Source: a virus. From it: DNA of 64,000 nt. The DNA lies in the IMG/VR virus record IMGVR_UViG_3300042502_001732, positions 1 through 64,000 of that record; one strand, given 5' to 3'. Both the position numbers and the translations under genes were made by a program. The first letter of the stretch is position 1; each line of letters begins with the position of its first letter. The notes beneath the pieces are model-generated. The model saw nothing but the letters and a program-made list of their open reading frames with translations. It was not told the DNA's origin and made no database searches. Positions 1 through 9,737 of this stretch are shown here, in pieces.

Positions 1-1325
1 ACAGTATATCAAACAATAGATGGAGTTATTCAATCTTCTTCAACTTGTCCAAATTCAATTTATTTGTATTTCGGATCTACAGTAGGAACTTCGTGTACTA
101 GTAATACTGGATCAACTAGATATTATATCGGCGCTCTTAGTGTAGGAAATACATTATATACAGATGCTGATTTAACCATAACTGTTCCTAATGGATATCA
201 TAGAAGTGGAAGTACAGTATATCAAACAATAGATGGAGTTATTCAATCTTCTTCAACTTGTCCAAATTCAATTTATTTGTATTTCGGATCTACAGTAGGA
301 ACTTCGTGTACTAGTAATACTGGATCAACTAGATATTATACAGGATCTTTCGAAATAGGAACTATATTATATACAGATGCTGATTTAACTACAGTAGTAT
401 CTGATGGATATCATAGAAGTGGAAGTACAGTATATCAAACAATAGATGGAGTTATTCAATCTTCATCTTCTTGTCCAAATTCTACTTATTTAGATTTTGG
501 ATCTACTGTAGGAAATGCATGTACTAGTAATACTGGATCAACTGTATATTATACAGGATCTTTCGAAATAGGAACTACATTATATACTGATGCTGATTTA
601 ACTGCTGTTGTTTCTGATGGATATTATAGAAGTGGAAGTACAGTATATCTAGTATCTAGTGGAGTTATTCAATCTTCTTCAACTTGTCCAAATTCAATTT
701 ATTTGTATTTCGGATCTACTGTAGGAACTTCGTGTACTAGTAATACTGGATCAACTGTATATTATACAGGATCTCTCGGAATAGGAACTGTATTATATAC
801 AGATGCTGATTTAACTAATGTTGTTTCTGATGGGTATTATAATTATTACGGAACGGTATTTCTAGTATCTAGTGGGGTTATTCAATCTTCTTCAACTTGT
901 CCAAATTCGATTACTTTATTTTTTGGATCTACTGCACAAATTTCGTGTGTTAGTGGTACTGGTACGACTGTATATTATACAGGATCTCTCGGAATAGGAA
1001 CTATATTATATAGTGATATCGATTTAACCATAACCGTCCCCGATGGATATTATGAAAACGGAAGCACAGTATATCTAACAAACGGTGGAGTTATTCAATC
1101 TTCTTCAACTTGTCCAAATTCGGATACTTTATTATATAATTTAGATAATTCTTGTTCTACTGGAACATCATCTATATTATATTATGCTGCTACTCTTGCT
1201 GTAGGAACTTTTGTATATAGCAATTTTGATAGAACCATACCAGCAGCTGATGGTTATTATAGAGAAAATATAAATGTTGTTTATGTTGTTTTAAACGGAG
1301 TGATAACCAGCATTACAAAATGCAA
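1..1325 (+). repeat. Intragenic 213-bp (71-aa) tandem repeats, about 6 units, progressively diverging
   Basis: acagtatatcaaacaatagatggag recurs at 1, 214 and 427; later units diverge. Confidence 0.9.
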
Positions 1326-2163
1326 CTATCAAACCAGCACAACATCCACAACACTACCACCAACGCAACGCTGCCCTGGCAGAGCTATAGTTATACAAAT
1401 TTGCAATAGCAATGCTGCAAAAGATGATAATTTTGATATTTATGTAAATGGATATTATCTAGGTGGGCTTGATTTAAATTCAAATGCTCAAGTGGGTTCT
1501 ATATTTATAGGATCTGATATTCCAAATTTAACAATAGTAAATCAAGATTTTGCCTGTCCATTAAACCAAATGGTAGAATATAGATTTAATGAAAATATAT
1601 TAAATCTAGGAAATAACAATAACCTGTATATGAAAAATACGCAGGTTAATTTTAATGGCAATTTTGGAACAGTACAAATTAGAGCTTATGATATTATTGG
1701 AACTCTTTTGTTAAATCCAACTGTTATAGCAGATTTAACATATAGTGGAAGCAATGGTTCTGATTTTCTTTTTGAAAATGTTGATATTTTTTGCCCCACC
1801 ACAACAACCACAACATCAGCTCCTACTACTACCACTACTAGCACCACAACACTTGCTCCTGTCACCACTACTACTACCACTACCACTTCACCACCAACCA
1901 CTACATTACCGCCATGTCCTGTTCATACATCGCAACCCCCGCCATTTATCAATACTCCAAAAGGAATAGAATTAGAATCTATAATTTCTACAAATTCTCC
2001 CAGAAATATAACATTAGTTGAATCTTCAGATCCTTTAACTTCTGATATTATTTTAACAACTACCACAACTACTACCACAACTACCACAACCACGACTACA
2101 ACTACAATATATCCAACAACAATATTAAATTGTAACCCATATTGCAATAAATTGGGCTATTAA
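1..2163 (+). CDS. Repeat-built Ser/Thr/Gly/Tyr-rich putative virion surface/fibre protein with Thr-rich C-terminal linkers (5' truncated by window)
   Basis: Frame is open from base 1 (TVYQTIDGVIQSSSTCPNS...); ~71-aa Cys-containing repeats, then a globular domain and poly-Thr/Pro tracts. Confidence 0.7.
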   Translation, partial: TVYQTIDGVIQSSSTCPNSIYLYFGSTVGTSCTSNTGSTRYYIGALSVGNTLYTDADLTITVPNGYHRSGSTVYQTIDGVIQSSSTCPNSIYLYFGSTVGTSCTSNTGSTRYYTGSFEIGTILYTDADLTTVVSDGYHRSGSTVYQTIDGVIQSSSSCPNSTYLDFGSTVGNACTSNTGSTVYYTGSFEIGTTLYTDADLTAVVSDGYYRSGSTVYLVSSGVIQSSSTCPNSIYLYFGSTVGTSCTSNTGSTVYYTGSLGIGTVLYTDADLTNVVSDGYYNYYGTVFLVSSGVIQSSSTCPNSITLFFGSTAQISCVSGTGTTVYYTGSLGIGTILYSDIDLTITVPDGYYENGSTVYLTNGGVIQSSSTCPNSDTLLYNLDNSCSTGTSSILYYAATLAVGTFVYSNFDRTIPAADGYYRENINVVYVVLNGVITSITKCNYQTSTTSTTLPPTQRCPGRAIVIQICNSNAAKDDNFDIYVNGYYLGGLDLNSNAQVGSIFIGSDIPNLTIVNQDFACPLNQMVEYRFNENILNLGNNNNLYMKNTQVNFNGNFGTVQIRAYDIIGTLLLNPTVIADLTYSGSNGSDFLFENVDIFCPTTTTTTSAPTTTTTSTTTLAPVTTTTTTTTSPPTTTLPPCPVHTSQPPPFINTPKGIELESIISTNSPRNITLVESSDPLTSDIILTTTTTTTTTTTTTTTTTIYPTTILNCNPYCNKLGY

Positions 2164-2169
2164 TAAATA
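2164..2169 (+). promoter_or_regulatory. Late (gp55-type) promoter core TAAATA
   Basis: 7 nt before ATG 2177. Confidence 0.55.
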
Positions 2170-2176
2170 TGTCAAT

Positions 2177-3106
2177 ATGAGAAAATTGACCATTGGAATG
2201 GCGACTTATGATGATTATGATGGTGTTTATTTTACAATTCAATCAATTAGAATGTATCATAAAGAAGTTTTAAATGATATTGAATTTGTAATAATCGATA
2301 ATAATCCATCTGGAAATCATGCAAAACCAATCAGAGAATTGACTGATTGGATAAAAGAACCAGTTCAATACTTTCCATTTACTAAATTTAAATCAACCAC
2401 TGTAAAAAATAAAGTATTTGAAATAGCTGACACACCATATGTGATGTGTATTGATAGTCATGTATTATTAGAACCAGGAAGTTTAAAAAAATTAATAGAT
2501 TTTTATGATTCTGGTCTTGATAATGGCAATTTATTACAAGGTCCGCTTATATACGATGACTTATCAAACATCTCAACACACTTTGATTTAAAATGGAGCG
2601 GTCACATGTGGGGTACATGGGCTACTGATGATAAAGGAAAAGACATAGATTCGCCACCATTTGAAATTCCAGCACAAGGAATGGGTTTGTTTTCATGCAG
2701 AAAAAATTCTTGGTTGGGATTTAATAAAGAATTTCGTGGATTTGGCGGAGAAGAAGGATACATTCATGAAAAATACAGAAAAAACGGTAAACAAACGTTA
2801 TGTTTACCGTTTTTGAAATGGCTCCATAGATTTGGTAGACCATCAGGAGTTCCTTATGTTAATGATCTAAAAGATCGTTTTAGAAATTACATGATTGGAT
2901 TTATTGAACTTGATTTAGATACAACAGAACTTAAAAATCATTTTAGTCAAGCTTTATCTAAACAAGATATTGAAGCTATAGAGCAAGAAAGCATTCTTTT
3001 AAATAAAGAATTGGATAAAATTATAAATCCAACCAAAACTATAAAATGCATTGATGTTTGCTGTCAAGACAAAACACCCAATTCAATTTCTGTGTTAACA
3101 TCATGA
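2177..3106 (+). CDS. Glycosyltransferase family 2 (GT-A)
   Basis: LTIGMATYDD, IIDNN, CIDSH (DxD-like), GFGGEE motifs. Confidence 0.8.
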   Translation: MRKLTIGMATYDDYDGVYFTIQSIRMYHKEVLNDIEFVIIDNNPSGNHAKPIRELTDWIKEPVQYFPFTKFKSTTVKNKVFEIADTPYVMCIDSHVLLEPGSLKKLIDFYDSGLDNGNLLQGPLIYDDLSNISTHFDLKWSGHMWGTWATDDKGKDIDSPPFEIPAQGMGLFSCRKNSWLGFNKEFRGFGGEEGYIHEKYRKNGKQTLCLPFLKWLHRFGRPSGVPYVNDLKDRFRNYMIGFIELDLDTTELKNHFSQALSKQDIEAIEQESILLNKELDKIINPTKTIKCIDVCCQDKTPNSISVLTS

Positions 3107-3303
3107 AGCATTGCTGGATAGCGTTCTTCGATATAATGTTCAATAGCCACTGGTTTTAAAAAATTATCAACATCCAGCTTTAATTCTTCGGCTTTTCCTT
3201 GAATAAACTCAAGGGCTTCGATTAAACACGCCCATCTAGCGAAAGAAACGCTGCTCATTTGTTCAACTGTACCATTTGCTCGTTCGATTATTACTTTGTT
3301 CAT
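3064..3303 (-). CDS. Hypothetical protein
   Basis: 79-aa ORF in the minus-strand run. Confidence 0.6.
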   Translation of the reverse strand: MNKVIIERANGTVEQMSSVSFARWACLIEALEFIQGKAEELKLDVDNFLKPVAIEHYIEERYPAMLHDVNTEIELGVLS

Positions 3304-3312
3304 GCCAGAATA

Positions 3313-3807
3313 TTATTCTAGTTTTTTATTAATCAAATTTTCAAAAATTGTATTATTATCAGCTGGTTGAGCAACCAATATACTGTCATAACTTATAAAA
3401 ATCTTATATTTTTCTTTACAATTTTTACATTCTGTTAAGTTTTCAGAATTTGGAAGAAGGATTCCTTGAAATAAATCACCACCACAATTACAAGGTATGT
3501 TTACAAACTGTTCATCTAATAATCTTTCATACTCTTGAATAACTTCATCTTTTTCATTTATCAATTCTAACAATTCCTCTGAATTTACATCATTGTTGTT
3601 GGAATTTTTGGTATTTTTAGTGAGATTTATTATAAAATGGATACCCGTTAGTAAAAAAATCAAAGAAATTAAAATAAAAAAAGAACTTTGGAATGGAATA
3701 GATAAAAAACTCAACCCATATGAAAATGCAGTTGTGAATATCAGACCAATACCAAAGACGAAAGAATGAAATTTAATATTACTTGTCATCAACATCCATT
3801 TTACCAC
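3313..3807 (-). CDS. Hypothetical membrane protein with a CxC...CxxC zinc-ribbon-like motif
   Basis: Two hydrophobic N-terminal segments; PCNCG and CKNC; start uncertain. Confidence 0.55.
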   Translation of the reverse strand: MVKWMLMTSNIKFHSFVFGIGLIFTTAFSYGLSFLSIPFQSSFFILISLIFLLTGIHFIINLTKNTKNSNNNDVNSEELLELINEKDEVIQEYERLLDEQFVNIPCNCGGDLFQGILLPNSENLTECKNCKEKYKIFISYDSILVAQPADNNTIFENLINKKLE

Positions 3808-4141
3808 CTATAGTGTGCTTGTCAAGGATATTATCAACGTTTTTAAAAAGATACATCACCAATTTGTCCATATTATTTTTTAAATTAGCCAATTCTTTTT
3901 TATCCTTGATATTATTAGATTCTAACAATGGTTCTATAATTTTTGATGCTTTTATAGCATTTTCTACTATCGTTGCGAAACAAATTGGCAATTCTCTCAA
4001 CTCATAAGGTAATAAATCTGGTGATTTATGTGTTTCTTTCTCTTCTTTTTTACGTTCTTTGAAATTTCTACTATCATTAAAATCAAAATTGATATTTGCC
4101 GATAAAAAACCAGTAGCGTATGGAGAATCTTTGCTTCGCAT
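3779..4141 (-). CDS. Hypothetical late protein
   Basis: Start moved to ATG at 4141 (MRSKDSPY), 5 nt downstream of a minus-strand TAAATA. Confidence 0.55.
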   Translation of the reverse strand: MRSKDSPYATGFLSANINFDFNDSRNFKERKKEEKETHKSPDLLPYELRELPICFATIVENAIKASKIIEPLLESNNIKDKKELANLKNNMDKLVMYLFKNVDNILDKHTIGGKMDVDDK

Positions 4142-4146
4142 ATTAT

Positions 4147-4170
4147 TATTTATCAAATAAATACTAAATA
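4147..4170. promoter_or_regulatory. Back-to-back divergent TAAATA late promoters
   Basis: Minus TAAATA 4152-4147 before ATG 4141; plus TAAATA 4158 and 4165 before ATGs 4170 and 4176. Confidence 0.6.
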
Positions 4171-4607
4171 TGAATATGAGCAATTTATACGCTAAGAGAT
4201 TCAAAATGATGTTAGAAGCTGATGAAGACATTTCATTAGAAAGAGACGCTATGGAAGCTTCATTGGATGATAATACAGACCCAGCTCAATTCGATGCTAA
4301 TATTGATGATATGGTGCAAGCGCAAACTGACATAGATGATGGCATTTCAAAAAGAAATGAGCAAATAGTAACTGAATTGCAAGGTTGGATTGATAATATT
4401 GATTCATTTTTGAAAATTCTTAATAGTGGAGATGGTGCAAGTATGCAATCCAGACTTGCAAATGCTGAACCCGACACTATTTTTGATAAAATGAAGCAGT
4501 CCCAACAAACTAAAATATCCAGAGTTGCATCAGACTTAGCTTCTCTTCATCAGGCATTCCTTGGATTTATGGCACAGACCAAAAATCCAAAATATAAATA
4601 TGTTTAA
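4170..4607 (+). CDS. Hypothetical acidic late protein (candidate internal head protein)
   Basis: TAAATA boxes at 4158 and 4165 precede ATGs at 4170 and 4176; MLE|A near the N-terminus. Confidence 0.6.
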   Translation: MNMSNLYAKRFKMMLEADEDISLERDAMEASLDDNTDPAQFDANIDDMVQAQTDIDDGISKRNEQIVTELQGWIDNIDSFLKILNSGDGASMQSRLANAEPDTIFDKMKQSQQTKISRVASDLASLHQAFLGFMAQTKNPKYKYV

Positions 4608-5704
4608 ATTTTATTAAACAATAATTTAAATTTTAAAATAGCCGATGGTCCACATTGGCTATTTTTTTTGATAAAGTCTATAGGAACTTGATCTATTTTC
4701 TTATCAATACACAATTCATTGAAATCTTTAAACTGTTTATACTTCTCAGGCCAAATAAACACACATTCATCTTGTTCTAATAACACTATACTCTTTTTTC
4801 TTGCGGTTTCATCAATCCATTGATTGTCCAACACCCAAATCTTATTAAAGAACTTAAGTTCTTCCAATTGTTCCAACTGAATCGTTGTAAACTTGTGATA
4901 CCCCTCGTTGATACCCGCTACAGCTACTCCATTACGCACAAAACAGGCATCCAGCGGTCCTTCGAATATAAATACATCATCTAGTGAAGGATCTACCCTT
5001 TCTATCCCAAAAATTGATTTATCGGAGTTAATTTTTGATAAATAATTTGGTTTTTCATCCCATTTAACAAGTTTTCTGGTCTGATAATGAATAAATTTAC
5101 CAGAAGTATCTAAAAATGGTATAACTAATCTATTTTTATGATTAAAATCATTTAAAGATATATAAAATGCGCCTGGTTTATTGATTGCGGTGTCTAATCT
5201 ACGAGATTTTAAATAATCTAAAGCAGTTTGAACTATATTATTATCTTTATAATACTCTAATTGAATAGAATCGAATAAATTAATGCAATCATCTGGTAAA
5301 GATGGGCTTTTTTTAACTTTAACAGAGTCATTTATTGACATCACATCCAATAAATCATAAGAATCATCTGATATTTCACGACAAATTTCATCATAATTCA
5401 TCCCAGAAACACGCATAATCCATTTTAAAGGATTACTACTCCATCCACAGTTATGGCAATATATTAAATTATTTTCTGGTATATAAAAACAACGTTTCTT
5501 TTTTCCAAAACTTTTACCTTCTTTGCATATTGGGCAAGAACACTGATATGTATCATTGAATCTATTATGTTTTGGATAAAATCCCAACTCAAAAAACTTA
5601 GCTATTACATAATCAGTAGGTAATTCTTCAATTTTTTTCGTTTTCTTCGTGTTGAGCCCTCGCAATATTGCGGACAAATTTTGGGAGTCTTTCAACATAC
5701 TCAA
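4604..5704 (-). CDS. 61: DNA primase (T4 gp61-like)
   Basis: Zn finger CPIC...CHNC; TOPRIM FEGPLDA and VLDN; KDFNE; start uncertain (overlaps upstream ORF). Confidence 0.9.
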   Translation of the reverse strand: MSMLKDSQNLSAILRGLNTKKTKKIEELPTDYVIAKFFELGFYPKHNRFNDTYQCSCPICKEGKSFGKKKRCFYIPENNLIYCHNCGWSSNPLKWIMRVSGMNYDEICREISDDSYDLLDVMSINDSVKVKKSPSLPDDCINLFDSIQLEYYKDNNIVQTALDYLKSRRLDTAINKPGAFYISLNDFNHKNRLVIPFLDTSGKFIHYQTRKLVKWDEKPNYLSKINSDKSIFGIERVDPSLDDVFIFEGPLDACFVRNGVAVAGINEGYHKFTTIQLEQLEELKFFNKIWVLDNQWIDETARKKSIVLLEQDECVFIWPEKYKQFKDFNELCIDKKIDQVPIDFIKKNSQCGPSAILKFKLLFNKI

Positions 5705-5900
5705 TTATACCTTCGTTTAAAGCAAAGTCAAACTTATCTAATGGTACTTTTCTATTTTCCATCAGCGGAGATGCTAAAAAATCATAATCATCTTCATTTT
5801 TTGATATCAAAATAAACATTTGACCAGCATAATCACCAGTTTGGACTGCGTATACATCTCCAAATCTTGGACCTTTTTTAAAAAAGTTAAACATAATCAA
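5628..5900 (-). CDS. Hypothetical protein
   Basis: 90-aa ORF coupled to neighbours. Confidence 0.55.
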   Translation of the reverse strand: MIMFNFFKKGPRFGDVYAVQTGDYAGQMFILISKNEDDYDFLASPLMENRKVPLDKFDFALNEGIIEYVERLPKFVRNIARAQHEENEKN

Positions 5901-6190
5901 CCATCCATTATTTTTCTGTTCATAAAATCTCCAAATTCTTCTATGAATGCATTGTCCAAAGCTGATTTATCCAGCTTTGTTTTGCTCATAGTGAGCCTAA
6001 CTGGATTTCCATCTATATCATAACCTATCAACTTAAAACAAGTTAAAAATTCACTCAGCGATGCTGTAATGGCTTGATTTAATATTACTTTAGATGGTTT
6101 TTTTCTATCATCTTTTAATTTTATTTTTAATGAATCTATTAAAAGTTTTTTAATTTCATCATCTGAATAATTGTCATCCCCATTATCCAT
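5897..6190 (-). CDS. Hypothetical protein
   Basis: Start moved to ATG at 6190, 5 nt after TAAATA (6201-6196). Confidence 0.55.
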   Translation of the reverse strand: MDNGDDNYSDDEIKKLLIDSLKIKLKDDRKKPSKVILNQAITASLSEFLTCFKLIGYDIDGNPVRLTMSKTKLDKSALDNAFIEEFGDFMNRKIMDG

Positions 6191-6214
6191 ATAATTATTT
6201 AATCTCACACAATA

Positions 6215-6562
6215 TTAAATTGAAGATTCTTCTTTTTTAAAATATGTGTGATTATCGTACTTCTGAGGAACCATTTTTTCCAACAGTGTAGTGATTATAA
6301 TTTCCATTGAACTGGTTTTTAAATTATAATTCTTTGGAAAGAACGATCCACCATCGTTTATTTCAAACATGAGGTCTCCTTTAAATTCTTTATTTTGATA
6401 ACATGTTATCATGACGCTTCTTCCGCCAGGATCTATCATAACACTCCATTTTCTAGGATCTTGCTGTCCATAATCTTTAAATAATTTAATTGCAATGAAT
6501 CCCGAATCGCGGAGTCTTTTTAAGAAATAACTAAAGGTTGATATTTTATTTTTATTATTCAT
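6215..6562 (-). CDS. Hypothetical protein
   Basis: 115-aa ORF overlapping the clamp stop codon. Confidence 0.6.
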   Translation of the reverse strand: MNNKNKISTFSYFLKRLRDSGFIAIKLFKDYGQQDPRKWSVMIDPGGRSVMITCYQNKEFKGDLMFEINDGGSFFPKNYNLKTSSMEIIITTLLEKMVPQKYDNHTYFKKEESSI

Positions 6563-7281
6563 TTTACTAAACTTGATATAATATAATTTAGATAAACTTT
6601 TTCAAAATTCAAGTTTATATTAGCAACTCCAAACTTTGTATTGATTTTAAAATTAAAATCATTATCTTCTATGAAAGTTAAAAGACGTAAATTATCTAAA
6701 TTTATAATAAAATCAGATAATTCAAAATCTACATTTCCAGATGTTATACATATGACATCACTATTTGATGATGTTTTGTCTTGCAAACTCCAATATAATT
6801 GACCATCATTTGTATATATGTATAGTTTATTAGAATCTGAAAATGCAGAATTTGTCTTTAACAAATTCTTTATAAAATTTTTAGAAACATTAAATTCTAT
6901 ATCATAAGATATGCTTTTAATTTTCTCCAAACTCATTTTTGTTTTTGCAATGAGTCCATCTTCATATAGATGATATTTAAATTTTATCTTATTGCCTCTG
7001 TATTCTAAATTATTATTGTTTAAAATTAAAGTGATATCATCCGAACCATCGCACATTTTTAAAGCGCTTGATAGTTTAGAAACTGATGGGATGTTTAATA
7101 CTTTTTCCTCTTCAAAATCGATTTCTGTTCTTCCCCACAATATTAAAGATGCATCTTCACTGTTTGATATAAAATAAATTTCGCCATCCTTAATATTAAG
7201 AATGGCGGTATCATTTATTTTAGATAATGATTCTAATAAAAAGAGAAAGTTACTTTTATTAAGAGTTATCTTCTGATTCAT
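6559..7281 (-). CDS. 45: Sliding clamp (gp45-like)
   Basis: 240 aa, two-lobed alpha/beta pattern (LESLSKIN...IKFKYHL...FIINLDNLRLL), located in the replication block. Confidence 0.7.
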   Translation of the reverse strand: MNQKITLNKSNFLFLLESLSKINDTAILNIKDGEIYFISNSEDASLILWGRTEIDFEEEKVLNIPSVSKLSSALKMCDGSDDITLILNNNNLEYRGNKIKFKYHLYEDGLIAKTKMSLEKIKSISYDIEFNVSKNFIKNLLKTNSAFSDSNKLYIYTNDGQLYWSLQDKTSSNSDVICITSGNVDFELSDFIINLDNLRLLTFIEDNDFNFKINTKFGVANINLNFEKVYLNYIISSLVK

Positions 7282-7702
7282 GTTGTATTAATGTGAGTAA
7301 TTTATCAATTTTTTTATTTAAATCTTCTAATATTTTATTCTGTTTTCTTAACAATTCATTCGTCACTTCTTGTTCAGATTTATTGAACTTTAATTCTAAT
7401 TGATTCTCATCAACTGTAGATTGTGGTTGAATTTGAACTGGTTGTGGTGTTTGAGGCATCACAGGTTGATATGTTTGAGCAATTTCAATAGACTGAGGTG
7501 ATATTACTGGCGGTTGACGCACTTGAGAGGATCTAAAATCTCTCTCAAGTGCAGTTTTAATACCGCTAGATATCCCGCCATCCCTCATGCCATCAACTTT
7601 CGGTTGCTGATCATTGAAATACATTGAGTCTATATCCTTACCCAATGCAAACATTGGACCAGCAAATTCAATCAATGCTTGTTTTTCTTCGGGAGTCAAC
7701 AT
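7259..7702 (-). CDS. Hypothetical protein with Pro/Gln linker and coiled coil
   Basis: QPVMPQTPQPVQ; C-terminal heptads. Confidence 0.6.
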   Translation of the reverse strand: MLTPEEKQALIEFAGPMFALGKDIDSMYFNDQQPKVDGMRDGGISSGIKTALERDFRSSQVRQPPVISPQSIEIAQTYQPVMPQTPQPVQIQPQSTVDENQLELKFNKSEQEVTNELLRKQNKILEDLNKKIDKLLTLIQHESEDNS

Positions 7703-7704
7703 AT

Positions 7705-8616
7705 TCAGCTATCGAGTTGATCTAACAATGCATCGATTTCATCATCGACATCTTCGATTTGTGGTTTGGCTTTTTTAACTTCTTTCTTTGCAGGGAAATC
7801 AAAAGGGATTTCATCTTCTTCATCTTCTTGATCATATTTCGATGCTGTAGATTTAGCTACAACTGATGATGGTTTTGATTTTTCAACATCTGAAGATTTC
7901 CCAAAGAAATGAGTGTTTAAAATTTCTTCAAGCTCGTCAAATGTTTTAACTGGATAAATCTGTTCAAGATCGTGAACCTTTGAATAGATATCTTCAATTT
8001 CTTCATCATCAAGATTTAGAACTGGCTTGTTATAAAAGCCAGAAGATTCAAATGTGGTATAATCACCACGACCTTCTGCTTTGATCTTCAAATTAGCACC
8101 TTCTGGACCAAGATCAAAGATACGAGCGCCAAACTCATCAGCACCATCGCCAGTAAGAGCGTCATCAATAATCTTCTTAATTTGTGGTCCAATCTTCAGA
8201 ACTTTAACAGTCCCATTGTTTTCTGGATTTGATGGATCATCAATAACATAAATATTAACAAACCAATTTTCCTTACGACGAATGATTTTACCAAGTTCTT
8301 TTTCTGATTGATCTTCAGATTTAATAAGTTTCCAAAACGTTTCGGTAATTGGATCACGATCATTAAATGTTTGAAGAGATAGTGTTGAAATATAACTACC
8401 AGTCACCTTGCTTTTCCAACCATGAGTATAGTGGTGGAAAAATGTCTTCTCTGGATCATCCAAATTTGGAATAAGACGAACGGTATATGTCTTCCCAGCA
8501 GGAAACTTCATTACGTTCGCAAATGCACTGCTTCCAGATGATTCATTTGTTTTATTAAGAGCATCTTTGATTTTTTCAAACATGCTTGCATTGAATTTAG
8601 TTTTTGTCGTTTTCAT
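7705..8616 (-). CDS. 32: Single-stranded DNA-binding protein (gp32-like)
   Basis: VRLIP, NIYVIDDPSNPENNGTVK, FDLGPEGANLKIK; acidic C-terminal tail. Confidence 0.9.
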   Translation of the reverse strand: MKTTKTKFNASMFEKIKDALNKTNESSGSSAFANVMKFPAGKTYTVRLIPNLDDPEKTFFHHYTHGWKSKVTGSYISTLSLQTFNDRDPITETFWKLIKSEDQSEKELGKIIRRKENWFVNIYVIDDPSNPENNGTVKVLKIGPQIKKIIDDALTGDGADEFGARIFDLGPEGANLKIKAEGRGDYTTFESSGFYNKPVLNLDDEEIEDIYSKVHDLEQIYPVKTFDELEEILNTHFFGKSSDVEKSKPSSVVAKSTASKYDQEDEEDEIPFDFPAKKEVKKAKPQIEDVDDEIDALLDQLDS

Positions 8617-8622
8617 AGATAA

Positions 8623-8817
8623 TTATTGTTTAATTTTTTTAATGATTTTAATTGTTAATGTTATTATTATTAATGCTAATATTGATATACCGATCAAAGT
8701 TAGGATTAAGAATAATATCGGTGACATCACCCACATCCAACTTATATTAAGGATACCAACTAATTTTAGAAAAGCAAGTGCGAATGTCAAATATATAGAA
8801 ACTTTAAATATTGTCAT
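8623..8817 (-). CDS. Small membrane protein
   Basis: 64 aa, hydrophobic, LKLVG..ISWMWVMSP. Confidence 0.6.
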   Translation of the reverse strand: MTIFKVSIYLTFALAFLKLVGILNISWMWVMSPILFLILTLIGISILALIIITLTIKIIKKIKQ

Positions 8818-9457
8818 GTTTGTTTAATGTTTGTTTTATTTTTTCTATTGCTTGTTTTCCAAAAACTTTCATTTTCTTAGAAGACTGATATTTATTTCTT
8901 GTAACTTGGAAGGTTTTCCAAAAATCTCCAAAAGCAAAATTCAGTATGTCTGAATCTACATCAATATTTGAAAATGTCAAGGCGTGTAAAGTGTAATAAT
9001 TTATTTTGTGAGATTTCAAATGATCTATGAAAGATGGTAAGGTTCCTGTAGAATATGTTTTATATTTTTCCAAAGAAATATCACAGTCTTTACAGAACTT
9101 CAATATAAATTTTAAAGAATTTGAAAATCTCACCAATGATTCTGAAGAATCTGGATCTTCAGAATTCAAAATTTTCATATAATTAGTATAACAAGTGATC
9201 GCCTTTAATGTAGTATAGTATTCCAAAGGAAAATAAGTTTCATCTGGATATATTTTATAAGGAGCAATAAAGAAATAATCAACAACCACAGTTTTATTAG
9301 AATTTAAAAATTTTTCTATTTTTTGTAAAACTATAAGTTTACTCTCTTCTAAATTATCAAAGTTTTGTTTTTGTTTAAATGGTAAATTTTTTACTTTTCT
9401 AGATATAGCCAAGTGGCAATTATAAATGCGCTTTTGATTATCGTTTAGTTTTAGCAT
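8804..9457 (-). CDS. 59: Helicase loader (gp59-like)
   Basis: 217 aa, upstream of gp32 as in T4; C-terminal FIDHLKSHKINYYTL resembles the gp59 C-domain. Confidence 0.55.
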   Translation of the reverse strand: MLKLNDNQKRIYNCHLAISRKVKNLPFKQKQNFDNLEESKLIVLQKIEKFLNSNKTVVVDYFFIAPYKIYPDETYFPLEYYTTLKAITCYTNYMKILNSEDPDSSESLVRFSNSLKFILKFCKDCDISLEKYKTYSTGTLPSFIDHLKSHKINYYTLHALTFSNIDVDSDILNFAFGDFWKTFQVTRNKYQSSKKMKVFGKQAIEKIKQTLNKHDNI

Positions 9458-9737
9458 TTTTTTTATTTTTATTACAACTGTTTAGATATTTTGTAACATA
9501 CTTGCTCTTTACAAGACTTGGATCGAATTCCAAAAACAGTTTAACAACTTCATAGTCAGTGTCAATAGATAAAATGTCTTTAAGTAAATTTTTCATTTTT
9601 TCATTTTGTAATGTGAAAACGAAGACGTTCTGAACTGACATTTTCTTACCTTGAATATTCATAATGAACGTGCAGTAACACATAAACAAATGCATTTGTT
9701 CATTTTCAATGAGTGTGGTGTACGGGGGAGCTATCAT
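9438..9737 (-). CDS. Hypothetical protein (occupies the gp33 position)
   Basis: 99-aa ORF; synteny only. Confidence 0.5.
   Translation of the reverse strand: MIAPPYTTLIENEQMHLFMCYCTFIMNIQGKKMSVQNVFVFTLQNEKMKNLLKDILSIDTDYEVVKLFLEFDPSLVKSKYVTKYLNSCNKNKKNAKTKR

Noticed and set aside
1686-2147. Poly-Val minus-strand ORFs and the overlapping +74-aa ORF
   Set aside because: Shadows of the ACN-rich poly-Thr tracts.
9438-9737. Naming this ORF gp33
   Set aside because: Only synteny supports it; no recognisable sequence motif.
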